DNA of 64,000 nt from Vitrella brassicaformis CCMP3155 (GCA_001179505.1 CDMY01000405.1:124001-188000); one strand, 5' to 3'; counted from the stretch's first letter, positions 25,001 to 37,289 are shown. The notes: a model not told the origin generated them from the sequence alone. Made by a program: numbers and translations.

Positions 25001-28000
25001 TGGCCGCGAGCGTCGAGTTGAATACAGCGGTGCCCGCGCCGCAGCCAGTGGTCCACGGCCACTGCACACAAGACAGCACAACACAACACAACCCGATACA
25101 CCGAGCAATACAGAACACGCGTCTCCATATACCGTGTCGAGGATGGCGTCATTGGTGCTCTTGACACCGATGATGAACTCGTCATCGGTGGCGTAGTCGC
25201 CCGCCAGCAGGAACTCGTCGGCGTTGAGGGAGGTCGGCAACAGAGCCGTGCCGGCATCGTGAGTCGCCCACGTCTTAGGTGTCACCTGCAAACACGCGAC
25301 GGGCCAGCAACGACAGACAGACAGATAGACAGACAGACAGGGAGGCTATGCTTGTGTGTGCATTCCTCCCTCCCTCCCTCCCTCCCTCTGTGTGTGTGTG
25401 TCACCTGACAGAAGTCTTCTGTGGCGTGTGGCTTCTCGTCGGCCATCTTGCACGTGATCCAGTTCTCGCGCGAGGGCCCGAACACCTGGAAGGTGTAGTC
25501 GTGGTTCGTCCAGGGCGCCGAGTTGCTGGCCGTGTTGCCGGGCGTGGCCGGCGTCTCTCCGCCAAAGAAGTTGGACTTGACCGTCTCGAAGTCACTCGCA
25601 GGCTGGCCATACGGACTTGAGGAGCCCCTGCACACATACAGATACACGACACATCCATCCATCTCGGAGGGAGAGAAGAGAGTCTGTTCATCTAGTAACT
25701 CTCGACTCACCAGCAGAGCACGTATCGACCGATGTTGCCGAACTCCAGCGACGCGTCGTTGGGGAAGGCCGTCCAGTTGTACATCCACGCGTTTGCCTGG
25801 GTAGCCGTTGCTGAGGTCGTCCATTTCTTCACCCTAAATTTTAACACACGAGCCAAAACACATAAGTGGGTGGTCGGGTGGGTGGTGGGTGGCAGTGTCT
25901 CACTCACTCTCCGTTGGGCCCGCCGCAGTTGGTTTCGTAGAAGACATTCTTGGTATTGCCGTCGTCGTATGAGGCCAGCTCGCGGCGGACCACCTGCACG
26001 CCCTCTGACGTGGTGCACCCGACGCAGCTGGTGTTGGCCACTGTGACGGTGCAGGGGTAGCCCGGGTAGCACACCGCACCCTTCAGGGCAATTGTGGCAC
26101 CGGGGATCGTCACGTTACCTACACTCAGACAGACAGACAGACAGACGTACGCACACGCACACACAGAACATGGAATTAATTGCCGGTTGTTCGTTCACCC
26201 AGTCCCTCACTGACCGGCCTCGTAAAGGTAGTTTGACTCAGTCAAGTCGTTATCAAGGCAGCTGACGCCGCCGATGTTGGTGCCGGGGCACCAGCACAAG
26301 TGGTAGTCACCCTGAACACCGAAGTTGCCCCTGCACGGCGATGGACAACGAAAACGGAACATACATCAGAGGGTTTGTTTGCATCTGTCTGTGGCTCTCT
26401 CTTGCTCTCACTTAGGCACATAGAGGCTCCACGATGGCGATCCGCTGGCAGTGCTCGTCAACAGGGCGCTCTGATACAGACGCACACACACACACACACG
26501 CACACAGACAGCCGTGCGCACAGCTCGCTGGGGTGGGGCAGTTTCTGTTGTGATTGCGTGCGTACCGCATTGTATTGGGAGCTGAAGACCTTGGTAGCCT
26601 TGAATGTGATTTTGCCGTCGTTGTTTGTTCCCCCGCCGGTGCCGCAGCTGCTGCTGCTGGACTTCTGCTTGACGACCAGCAGCTTGTCGCCCACCTTGTA
26701 GTTGTAGGCCGCCAGAGGGGCGAAGCTCGTCACAGTGCCGGGGGTCACCTTCTGGCTGATCATCGTGTTGGTCTTCGTCGGACCTGAACCACACACACAC
26801 ACACAACCACAGACATATGTATGTGGCTGGCTGCAAAGACACAGACAGACTTGTCCGTGCGGCAGCAAGCGACTCACCGGCAATTCCGAATTTGGCAGCG
26901 ACGAACTTGGCCTGGCCCTTGGCGACGCCGCTGGGTGCCGTTTCGGAGCCTCCGTATACGGTCCAGGGGAACCAACACAGATAATGGGTGCCGGCAAGAC
27001 TGCACACACACATAAGCACACAGACAGACAGACAGACAGATGTGCGCATGGACGTTGCGTCCATCCATCCATGTGTGTATATTGTTTACGTGGGGTCGAG
27101 TGCGAGTTCGGCCTGGAAGTCTGAGGCGGTGACGGATGTGGCGGCGGTCTTGAGGGTGAAGACCCAGCTCACCTTGTTGGTCTCCACGTTCAGCTTGGCT
27201 TGGGCTGCAAATGGACGGACCACACATACACCAAGAGAGGGAGGGACCACAATCGTGGTGTGGTGCCACGTGGTGGGAGATCCGTACCGTGGTATGGTGT
27301 GCCAGAGCTGTTGGTGAAGTGCACGTCCGCCGAGCAGTGCAGTTTGGTCGAGCCGTCCGTGAAGTCCTCCGTGATGAACAGCTGATCGGCAATGGTTGCC
27401 GTGTTGACACCACCCGTCACAACCTCAGCGTCATTTACTGACAACCACACACACATACACACACACACACACACGGAACCACACAAGATGACCAGCCAGC
27501 CGATCTTCCTTCCCTGTGTGTGTCTGTGGGTGTGTGGCTTACGAGTGGTGACATCGACGGATGTGCCAAGGTCGACATTGTGCTGGACGGTGGTGTAGTT
27601 GACGTTGCTCAAGGAGTAGAAGGCGGCGGGAAGGAAGTCGAGCGTGCATTTGTTGTAGGCGGCGCAGTACTTCTCCTCGAGGTTCTTCTGCTTGAAGCCC
27701 GCCACCTGCAGCACCATGCCCACGTCCACCGAGAAGGCCGCCGCGCTCTGGGCGCTGGCGCATTTGCTGGAGCCAGTCGTGGCCATGTTCAGGCAGATGC
27801 ACATCGAGTAGAAACCGGGGAACGGGATGGCCTGACATACACATACGCATGGTAGAGCGGAGGCCAGACAGACCGCGGATGTGTTTCCTTGTGCGTCCTT
27901 GTGCGTACCATTTCCTCGATGACGGTTTTGGAGGATGCGGGCGTATTTGTGGCATCGGTGGGCAGTCCGCTGCCGCCGGAGGGGCTGCTAGTCGAGGTGG

Positions 28001-29509
28001 GGTTGAAGGTGGTGCCGCTGGCGCCGCTGGGCACATAGGCCGCCTTGCCAAACACGCAGTAGTTCTTGCCGCCAACCGTCTGGAGGGAGCAAGTTGCGTA
28101 ACCTAACACACACACACACACACACACAGCCACACATACATAGCACGGCGATGAATGAGGGTGCAGCAGAGCAGAGCAGTGCAGTGGCAGTGGCGCCCAC
28201 CCACCCACCCTTATTGCTGTTGGACCCCTTTTGGTATCCGACGTATTCGTATGTGTTGATGTCGTCGGGGGGCAGCATCTTCTCGGAGGCGGAGCCGCTG
28301 GCGTACCCGATGAGGGCGGGGTACTTGGTGTCGTCACCGGTGCCCTGCGGGTCCAGCTGCAGCGGGTTCGCACGGTTCGACAGGCACCTGCACACACACA
28401 CACACACAAAGAGAGAGAGAGCACGCAGCGATGAGCGGAAGATCAGAGATCTGCGCGTGGGGAGTGCAGGTAGATCTGTGTGTTTGTACCCGTCTCTTGC
28501 GTCCCCGACGGTCATGGCGTGGTGGACCAAAAAGTCATCGTCGGGATCTCGGTCCTCAAGAGAGATGGAGAAAGGGGCACCTGATACCNNNNNNNNNNNN
28601 NNNNNNNNNNNNNNNNNNNNNNNNNNNNNNNNNNNNNNNNNNNNNNNNNNNNNNNNNNNNNNNNNNNNNNNNNNNNNNNNNNNNNNNNNNNNNNNNNNNN
28701 NNNNNNNNNNNNNNNNNNNNNNNNNNNNNNNNNNNNNNNNNNNNNNNNNNNNNNNNNNNNNNNNNNNNNNNNNNNNNNNNNNNNNNNNNNNNNNNNNNNN
28801 NNNNNNNNNNNNNNNNNNNNNNNNNNNNNNNNNNNNNNNNNNNNNNNNNNNNNNNNNNNNNNNNNNNNNNNNNNNNNNNNNNNNNNNNCCCCCCCCCCCC
28901 CCCCCCCACACACACACACATGCGCACGCAGGAGAAGCTGATGACGTAGATCGACGAGTGTGTGGGTATCTGTGTTGCCTCCCGACGGACCAGCAATGAG
29001 TGTGGTGGCGTTGCCGTGGCCGGTGGAGCCGACGACGTACTCATTGTAGACGGTGACCTTGCCAATGGAGTCCTCCTCCATATATCCCTTGTGCGAGATG
29101 TATCCCGGGTTCAGACGACGCTGACAGATGGACAGACGCCATAGACAGAGACCATACAATGGATGGATGAGCAGCCACAGATGCAGGCAGGAGACACGGG
29201 ATCTCTTCGCACCTTCATGAGAAACTGGAAGCCTTCCATGTCATCGTACTCAACCGTGTGATACGTCCTGCACACAACCGACACACAGGGAGGCAGAGAT
29301 CTCGCCCATCCACACGCATATATGAGGCCAAGATCCCATCCACACGTCAGATCTCCCTCTCCCGACATGAGATGCGTCCATTTCCTCCTTCCCTGCACGC
29401 GTGTGTGTCCTTACTTGTATTGTTGTGCCTTGGCGCAGGTGAGTAGCGCGAGGAGGGTGGCGGCGATGACGCAGCACCCCCCTGCCATGAGGGCGCCGCG
29501 GACTCTCAT
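13053..29509 (-). CDS. Giant modular cell-surface glycoprotein (signal peptide, repeated beta-rich modules, C-terminal GPI-type signal); roughly 65 introns, approx. 3,300-3,600 aa
   Basis: Starts MRVRGALMAGGCCVIAATLLALLTCAKAQQ at 29509. About 65 GT-AG introns by hand count separate GC3-rich exons whose phases joined wherever I checked. Ends KKSGAVATAGQPLYATILVTLLAIALGRFF-stop at 13053. Many N-x-S/T sequons. One gap (28589-28888) interrupts the 5' part. Confidence 0.85.
28589..28888. other. Assembly gap (300 N) next to a poly-C tract
   Basis: Run of N inside the giant gene, followed by a long C run and (CA)n. Confidence 1.
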
Positions 29510-30309
29510 GTCGGCTGACCGACAGCAGCTGCTCAGAGGCAATTTAGAGAACGAACGGCGCCGGTGGAGACCCTCCCGGCCGCACGGATGGACGAGATCA
29601 GGCGGAGGATGGAGGAGAAAGCGCTCTAGAGGTGGAGAAAAGGGCGGAAAAGATCGGGAAAGAAAAGCGACAGAGTGAGCAGGATCAATTCGCCGCGAAA
29701 CGCGCGGGAAACCAACTTGGCACCTTGAATTTTTAGATCAGCTTTTTGGGGGCCGTCCGGGTGGCCAGGACGAACCCCCAAAAGCTCGCATATCATGCCG
29801 GAATGGCAGGCTGGCGAAGAGAGGGCAAGGCCTGAGCGGACGGTCCTTCCGCTGGGCGGTATGTGATCATGCGTTGGAGATGGGGCATGGTCTGGTCCGG
29901 CGGGGAGGACAACGGAACACGATGCAGTGAGATGGATGGATCCGCAAGGAGCCGGCAGATCTACGGACACTGTGTGGTTGACCGTGGTTGCAATGGGCGG
30001 ACAGATGCGTGGTGCCGTGCTCGTGCATGGCCATGGTGTACATCCGTGACAGCGATGAGTGACGTACGTGTCATCAAAAATCGCTCATCACTGTGGCAGC
30101 GCATGCGTGTACACCACATGCACCATGCGCAAGCCCGCCAACTCCACGTACGCACAAGCCAGAGAGAAATCGACGAGCAGCTAGTGCATATGAATAAAGG
30201 GCAAGCACACCACACACCGTGCAAACAGGGCGGAGAGAGAAAGGCATGATTACACGAACGTGACTATCTGTCTGCCCGCCAGCAACGGCAACGCGCATGG
30301 CTCTAGATA

Positions 30310-33300
30310 TCACTTTCCTGCCCCCTCCCCCTCCCGCTCCCCCTGCCTCTCCCCGCCCTCTGCATGCGGCACATCCTCACTGTCGTACGACACCTTCTTC
30401 TGCCACACCTGGTGACCGCCGTGACCGTGACCATGGCCATGGCCATGCCCGCCATGCCCACCACCACCACCACCACCTGCTGCTGCTGCTGCTGCTGCTT
30501 TGGACGAGGGCTTGTTGTCCTTGGGCTGAGTGCTGCTGGAGGGATGGAGCTCCCCGCCGCCGTATGACCGGCTCCTCTGTCGACCTGACTTGGCCTTGCC
30601 GCCTCTTCCGGCAGCCGGATGCTGCTCGTGGTGGACAGGGATGTCCTTGTCGTGCCACTGACCCTTGAGGATGCGCAGCAATGTGTTGACCGCATCACCA
30701 CACTGTATGAGAGAGAGAGAGAGAGAGAGAGAAGTGTTGGTTGGTTGGCCATCTGCACCCAGTCAGTGTATCTCTGTCTGTCTGGCCGCCACCGCACCCA
30801 CCTGTATGCCTTGTCTGTTGACGACCATCCTGCCGGTCTGTTTCCACCGCTGCAGGAAGGTGTCCTGTGTGTGCTGACTCACGCGTTCCGCCTTCTCCGT
30901 AGTCGGGCTGTACAGACGCTTCAAGTGACTCCTGCAACCACACGCACACAAAACCGGACAAACGACAGACAGGTGCTTTGACGTGCCACTGCACGTCAGT
31001 CCTCATGAAGCCTCCCCAGGCACCGCACCTGATGTCGAATAGCAGTGCGCTGGGCGGCATGCTTCTGAGGAGGTCGGTGGCGGGCAAGGGGGGAAGGGCC
31101 TGGTCAACCTGGGGCTCCGTGTAGCTCTGCACTCAGCCATCCATCCATCCATCGTGCACACGAAAAACGCATCAATCGAGGTCCATCCGTGTTGTGTTTC
31201 AGAGAGGGCCTGGCCTTTGGTTCTTGGCTTACGGCGACATGGGATTGGCCATCTGTGAAGGCAGTGAGGCTCAGCGGCAGCGCGTAGTGGCTAGCGATCA
31301 ATAAAGGCACGCAAGGAGGCCCGTGCAAGCTCAGGCCAAATGCTCGTGGCTGTTTGGGTGGCCGACATACCTTTCATCTTTGCCGTCACTCGCGACCTCG
31401 ACGGGGGAGAGCATCTTGACGATCTGCCGACAGAGACGGACACACGAGAGCTGGGCGTGGCGTCATGTATGTGCGTGTGGCCCACTGCAGTGCACTGCCC
31501 GTCACTGACTTGATGCAACACGCTGTCCTGCGCCAGCTGGGGTACGGGCAGCTCCGGAACCAACACCACCTGCACGACACACGAGCACACACAAAACACA
31601 GGGCAGCCACCGTCCCGTCACGAATGTCGTCAGATGCACGCTGTCAGTCTGCCTGTCCCCTCTCTCTCCCTGACTGACTGACCACAGGGACGGTCTCTGT
31701 GGTGTTGGGTTCGAGTATGAGTGGTGGCATGTCAATGCGCGTGGGGGCGCTGGCGAGTCGGGATGGGATGCGGGGCGTCTCCTTGCCGTACACAGCATCG
31801 TGGATCGCACGCAGACCTGAGACGGCCTCGCTGCTCGACACCACAAACGTGATGTTGTTCTCGCTGCAACCCTGCCATGACACAGACCACACCGGGAGGG
31901 AGCACGCGTGGATCATGTGTGTGCAATTAATTGGTGGATGGATGGATGGGATGGATGCCGTACGCCCCTTGTGCCCCTGTCTGTCTACTTGGGTGACGGC
32001 GATGATGTTGACGCCGGCGACTGCGAATGCGGTTGCGAGTCTGCCGAGGATGCCCCTGGAGCCACACATGTTCTCGCCAACCGCACAGATGATGGTGCAC
32101 TTGGAAGTCAAGGTCACACTCATCGACTCTGATGGATGAACGACATCAGACGGCAGTCAGGTGCCGCGTGCCAGAACTGGGTTTCTCCCTCCCTCCCTCC
32201 CTCACTTTCGTGCATCTCTTTGTAGAATGCATTGCGCACGGCGTCTGCCGCTCGCTGGGCGTCACGGGACACCACAGCGAAGCTTATCGAGTGCTCCGAT
32301 GACGCCTGCATGACATGGAAGGCACGGATCCATACACCGCAACGCACCAAGGCAGCCAATTGAATTGTCCATTCCACTCACCGACCTCCCCACCCACCAG
32401 CGCACCGACCTGTGAGATCATGACAACGGAGCAGCTGGCTTCGTTGACGGCCGCGAAGAGGCGGCTGGCGATGCCCGGTACACCGATCATCGACGAGCCC
32501 TCGAGAGTCACCAACGTGATGTCTGCTATCATCGTGAACGCCTGACACACACACGACACACACGACACAAGGACACAGTAGGTACAGACCCGTGAACACA
32601 TTGGTGTGTCGATTGATGACAGCTCACTTTGCATGGCGAGACGTCCATGAGGGTGAAGTCGTCAGTGTGTGGGCCGTCGCACTCGCCGTCGTGTTTGCTG
32701 CCGTTGACGTTGGCGGCATTAGGTGGGGAGGAAGGGGCGCACAGTGGCGACACAACCTGGCTGCGGTGGTTGCTGAGGGACGGACAGGACAGGGAGGGGG
32801 GGAGAAAGAAGGTTAGCTTGTGACTGTATCGTGTTGGGTCTGTGACTGTAGCTCAGCTGACCTGATGAGTGTGCCTGATGATTCTGGTCTGAGGGAGCTC
32901 CTCAGGTGGATGGGGATGGAGTGCTGAATGCACGGATGCATCGTGAATGGATGCAACACCTGACCACACACACACACACATACACAGGGGGAGAATAAAG
33001 ACACATATATAATGTCCCGCCCTGCCCTGCCCTCCCCACCGCTCACTCACCTTAGCTCCGAAATAGGCCAGCTCGATGGCCTCGGTATAGGACACGAAAG
33101 GCAGGCGGAATGCGGCGGGGACCTTCCTGGGGTCGGCCGTATAGACGCCGTCCACATCTGTCCATATGACCAGCTTGCTGGCCTTGAGCAGCGCCGACAG
33201 CAGCGAGGCCGAGTAGTCGCTGCCGTTCCTCTTGAGCGTCGTGGGTGTGCCGCTCTGGGTGGAGCAGATGTAGCCCGTCACCACCACTATGTCCACGTCG

Positions 33301-33986
33301 GGGTGCGTCTCCATCCACTTGTCCATGTGCTTCTGCGACTTGGGGAAGTCGAGCAGCACCCGCTCGTGCACCGACATGCTGCCCGACCGGCTGGAGGGGT
33401 CCTGCACCGTCAGGATGTCGCGGGCGTCGATCCACTCCACCTGCCGCCCCTCACCGGCCTTGTGCACCCGCTCCCGCAGCAGCGCCCTCAGCAGCTGGGC
33501 CGACCACAGCTCGCCGTAGCCCGTGATGAGCTCCTTCATCGTCTCTGGGCAGGTGCCCGTTATCGACACCGCCTTGAGGATGTCCTTGATGTCCTCGATG
33601 TCCCTCTCCAGCGTCGACTGGAAGGCAGCCGCATCCTCGGCGCTGAAGTCGCCCGCCGCCGCGAGTGTCTGCACCGTCTGGATGTGCTTGTCGTGGATCC
33701 GGCCTGTCAGCGACAGATAGCCGGCCTTTTCGTCCTTGTGCGGGGTCTTCTTCCGTACGTGGAAGGCCGCAGCCGCCTCGGTGCATGAGGCGAAGAGGGA
33801 GTCGGTGACGCCTGCCATGGCAGAGACCACCACCGCCAGCCGGGCAGGGGCAGTGGCCGCACTCTGCAGCACCAGGGTGGCCACATTCTGGTAGCGATCA
33901 GCGCTGCCGACGCTCGTGCCGCCGAACTTGTGCACCATCCATGACGGAGGCATCACGAAGGACGGATGCTCCCCGGCCGATGACAT
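30310..33986 (-). CDS. Aspartate kinase (ThrA/AK-HSDH type kinase + two ACT domains) with a divergent C-terminal extension
   Basis: HKFGGTSVG, TTLKRNGSDYSA, WTDVDGVYTADPRKV, EAIELAYFGAKVLHP. ACT1: LEGSSMIGVPGIASRLF...ISQASSEHSISF. ACT2: AVGENMCGSRGILGRL...QGCSENNITFVV. The kinase is certain; the 3' exons (31570-30310) are inferred from splice sites. Confidence 0.9.
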
Positions 33987-34182
33987 CTCTGCCGATGGAT
34001 CACCACAGATCTCTGCTCTCTTGACGCCTTCTCTCTCCTGCCCGCTCAGCTGACGACGCGGTTTCAGCTGAAGTCTGCGAGCTTAGATTGCATCCACCTG
34101 GAACATCGGCTTAAAAGGCTTTGCAAGGTACTCACCCGTGAGCGCATACCGGTCGTCTTTTCCCGTTTGAGAGGCGACCGCG
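33987..34182. promoter_or_regulatory. Probable bidirectional promoter (196 nt between divergent ATGs)
   Basis: Aspartate kinase ATG at 33986 (-) and aminotransferase ATG at 34183 (+). Inferred from geometry only. Confidence 0.55.
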
Positions 34183-36417
34183 ATGAACGGCGACAAGAAG
34201 GCGGCCGTGGACGCTGCGGGGACCGTGGCAGGCTATCGGCCATTCCGCCTGGAGCGCTGGTTTGCAAAGTATGAGTTTGATCCCAAGATCAAGCACTTGC
34301 TCTGCTGCAGGTCCGGTCGGCAACCAAAACACGACACATGACATGCATACGACGCAGGGAGATCAGCCAGCCCTCCATTGTGTGTGTTGGCTGCAGCGAT
34401 GCCGAGGCCCTTACGCTCAAGGAGGTCAGCATCAAGAGAGACCCTTTGTCGTACATACAGACAGACGCTCCTGCAGTGCAAACCAAGGACGGTCGTTTCG
34501 TGTGTGTGTCGTGTGTAGCTGTTGTCGCTGGCTGACGATGCCACTCGCCAGCAGTGGGATGAGCTCAAGCTGACCTACACCGAAAGCCAAGGGGATCCTG
34601 CTCTGCGTTATGAGATATCGACCCTGTACCCACACACGACAACCGACGACATCGTGACTGCAGTCCCCGAAGTAATGAGCATCATCGCTGGACTGCACGC
34701 GCACGTGACATTTCGGTGTCTGACATTTGGTTGCTGATCAGGAGGCGATTCTGATGGCCTTCTGGGCGCTGCTTGAGGACGGCGGACGTGTGGTGGTGAT
34801 GGCGCCACACTACCAATCCCTGTCGGAGACCGCCATGGCGCGGGGCTGTCAGGTGGATTTCTGGACGGGCCGGGAGCGGGAGGGGGAGTGGATCTTCGAT
34901 GTGGATGAGCTGGAACAGATCGTCAAGTGAGCCGAGCCCCCTGGCACGGCACGGCAGGCACGTGTGGGCTATTATGTATATGCAAGTGTATGTATGTATG
35001 CCCTTCTCCTTCATTGTGGGCATGGCCTGGCTAAATTGACTGACTGACTGACTGCAGCTCAGGCCCCAAGCCGACTGTGTTGGTCGTCAATTTCCCCCAC
35101 AATCCCAGCGGCTTCGTGCCGTCACCTGCAGGTACAGGCAGGACACACACGGCATCCCATCCAGGCAGGCAGGCAACACACAGAAGGGCACATGCGTCAA
35201 GTGAAGGAGAGTCCCCTCGTGTGTGTGATGGATGGCATGCATCTGATTTATCAATCAGAGTGGGAGCGCATCATCTCCCTCTGCCAGAGCCATGAGATGT
35301 ACCTGTTCTCTGATGAGATGTACTGGGAGCTCTTCCACACCACGCCCCCGCTCACGTCAGCGGTGTCGCTATACGACAAGGCCATCACCCTCAGCGGCAT
35401 GAGCAAGAGCTACGCACTCCCCGGCCTCCGGCTGGGATGGCTGGCGTGCCGCGACAAGGAATTCATGGCGAAGGTGCTGACCTTGAAGGACTTCACCACG
35501 ATTTGCGGCCCGGGACCCTCGGAGGTAATGAGCAATAGAGGCAGACAGGGAGGACGACAGAGAGGCCCGTCCAGTAGTGATGGGTGTGGGGTGCATTGTC
35601 GATGTATGTTGTTTACCAACCAGGTGTTGGCTCTGATTGCGTTGCGCAATCGCGAGAGGATCCTGCAGCGCACCCGTGCTATCATCTCGGCCAACGTCAG
35701 GGCGCTCAGGGCGTTCTGTGCCGCCCACACCTCCGTCTTCGACTTCCGTCAGCCAAGGGGGGGACTCATCACATTCATTCCCCTCAAAGGTCCCCACGCC
35801 ATCACACATATCCACTCCACGTGCACCCACAGCGACAAGGAAACCTGTTCCCCACCTACTCATGGCTCATTGATGCAGGTGCTGCAGCGTCGAAGGGCGC
35901 CGGTGCGTTTTCAGAGGAGCTGGTTCGCGAGGCGGGCATCCTGCTGCTGCCGTCGGATGAGATGGAGATGGGCGAGACCACCGGCTGCCACTTCCGCTTC
36001 GGCCTGGGCCGTGTCAACTTCCTTGAGGGGCTGCGGGCACTCCACCGATATCTCAGCTCTGGGGAGGGGGCCACAGAGAGCTGGTGAGTGTGCCGTGTCT
36101 TGAGTTGACAATGTATTGTTAATGGCGTCTGTGTGGTGTGTTGTGTGTTTGTGTTGTTCAGGTTGACTGAGGACATGATCCTCCGGCCCTCGTCGCTGTC
36201 ACTGGGAGTGGATTTGGACGGACGAGTACATGAAGGACCTGCTGAAGAGCCACGGACTGGAAAAGGACGAACCCAAGGTACACACCAGAATGACACGGCC
36301 AGGAAGGCAACAGTGGCGGCAGCAGCCATCCACGCCATCCATCCATCTGTAATGTCCTTTGTCACATCTTTTGCAGGCTTCCCAGTGAGTGGTACGGAGC
36401 CCGGTGCGCACACCTGA
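34183..36417 (+). CDS. PLP-dependent aminotransferase, class I/II fold
   Basis: FRLERWFAKYEF, LTYTESQGDPALR, NFPHNPSG, FSDEMY, SGMSKSYALPGLRLGW (PLP lysine), GILLLP, HFRFGLGR. The catalytic core ends at ~36080. The stop is at 36087 if unspliced, or at 36417 if the GTGAGT donor at 36084 is used. Confidence 0.9.
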
Positions 36418-37289
36418 GCAAGGCTTAGGCATTTGATGGTGCGTGTGCTTTGGTCAAGAGTGGGTGACCCTCTGTGTTTGTCATGTCACGTGTGGCCACG
36501 CACTGTTTCATGGACTCTGCAATGATGTCGCCTCGTCATGGCACCCTGACAAATCGTTGATATAATAGTCATGTCTGTCATTCGTGAGTCATGATCACTC
36601 ACACCACACCACACCACATCACACCACATCGACCGTCTGTCTGTCTGTCTGTCTTGAAAAGCTCACCTCACCTCACCCCCACACACGTAGTTGCATTGGC
36701 CGGCATGAATGACAATTGTGTCCATCTGTATGTGATGGATCGATCCTTGGCACCACCCCGCCCGGCCACCTGTCGGCCGGTCACACATGGTCACACAGGC
36801 AGGTAGGCGGGCGGTGATGAAGCCACATACTCACTCGCAAAAAGGCAGAGACGCCTAGGTGGATGGATGAATGGACACACATCACACGTACACACATGAT
36901 GGATGCAGGTAGGCGAGTGAGTGTCCCACGCAAGGCAGGCAAGTCGAGCAAAACAGGCAAAAGAAGAGGAGGGCCGTCCGTCCGTCTCAAGACACGCACA
37001 TCATCATCATCATCACGGTATCAGCAGCACTAGAGAGGAGTGCTCTGGCAACACCTCATGTTCACCAGGCAGACAGACAGGGAGGCATGGAGGGGGGAAG
37101 CTTAAATCACACTCACTCTCAGGCCGTGCTGTATCAGTCAATCTTACTGTACACACAGTCGTCACGGAGGCATGCAGCAAAGAAGACTGTGTCGGCTCCA
37201 TTCGCAGACCAATCCGCTCACTCACCCACTCAGTCAGACAACACATACAAGACAGCAAGGACCGACCGACGGACGGACACATCAGAGCG

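Noticed and set aside
12600-29500. Many plus-strand ORFs overlapping the giant gene, and THTHT/CVCVC/MDGWMDG peptides
   Set aside because: Antisense shadows of GC-rich exons and translations of intronic microsatellites.
33012-33788. 258-aa plus-strand ORF opposite the aspartate kinase
   Set aside because: Antisense shadow of a high-GC3 exon; no motifs.
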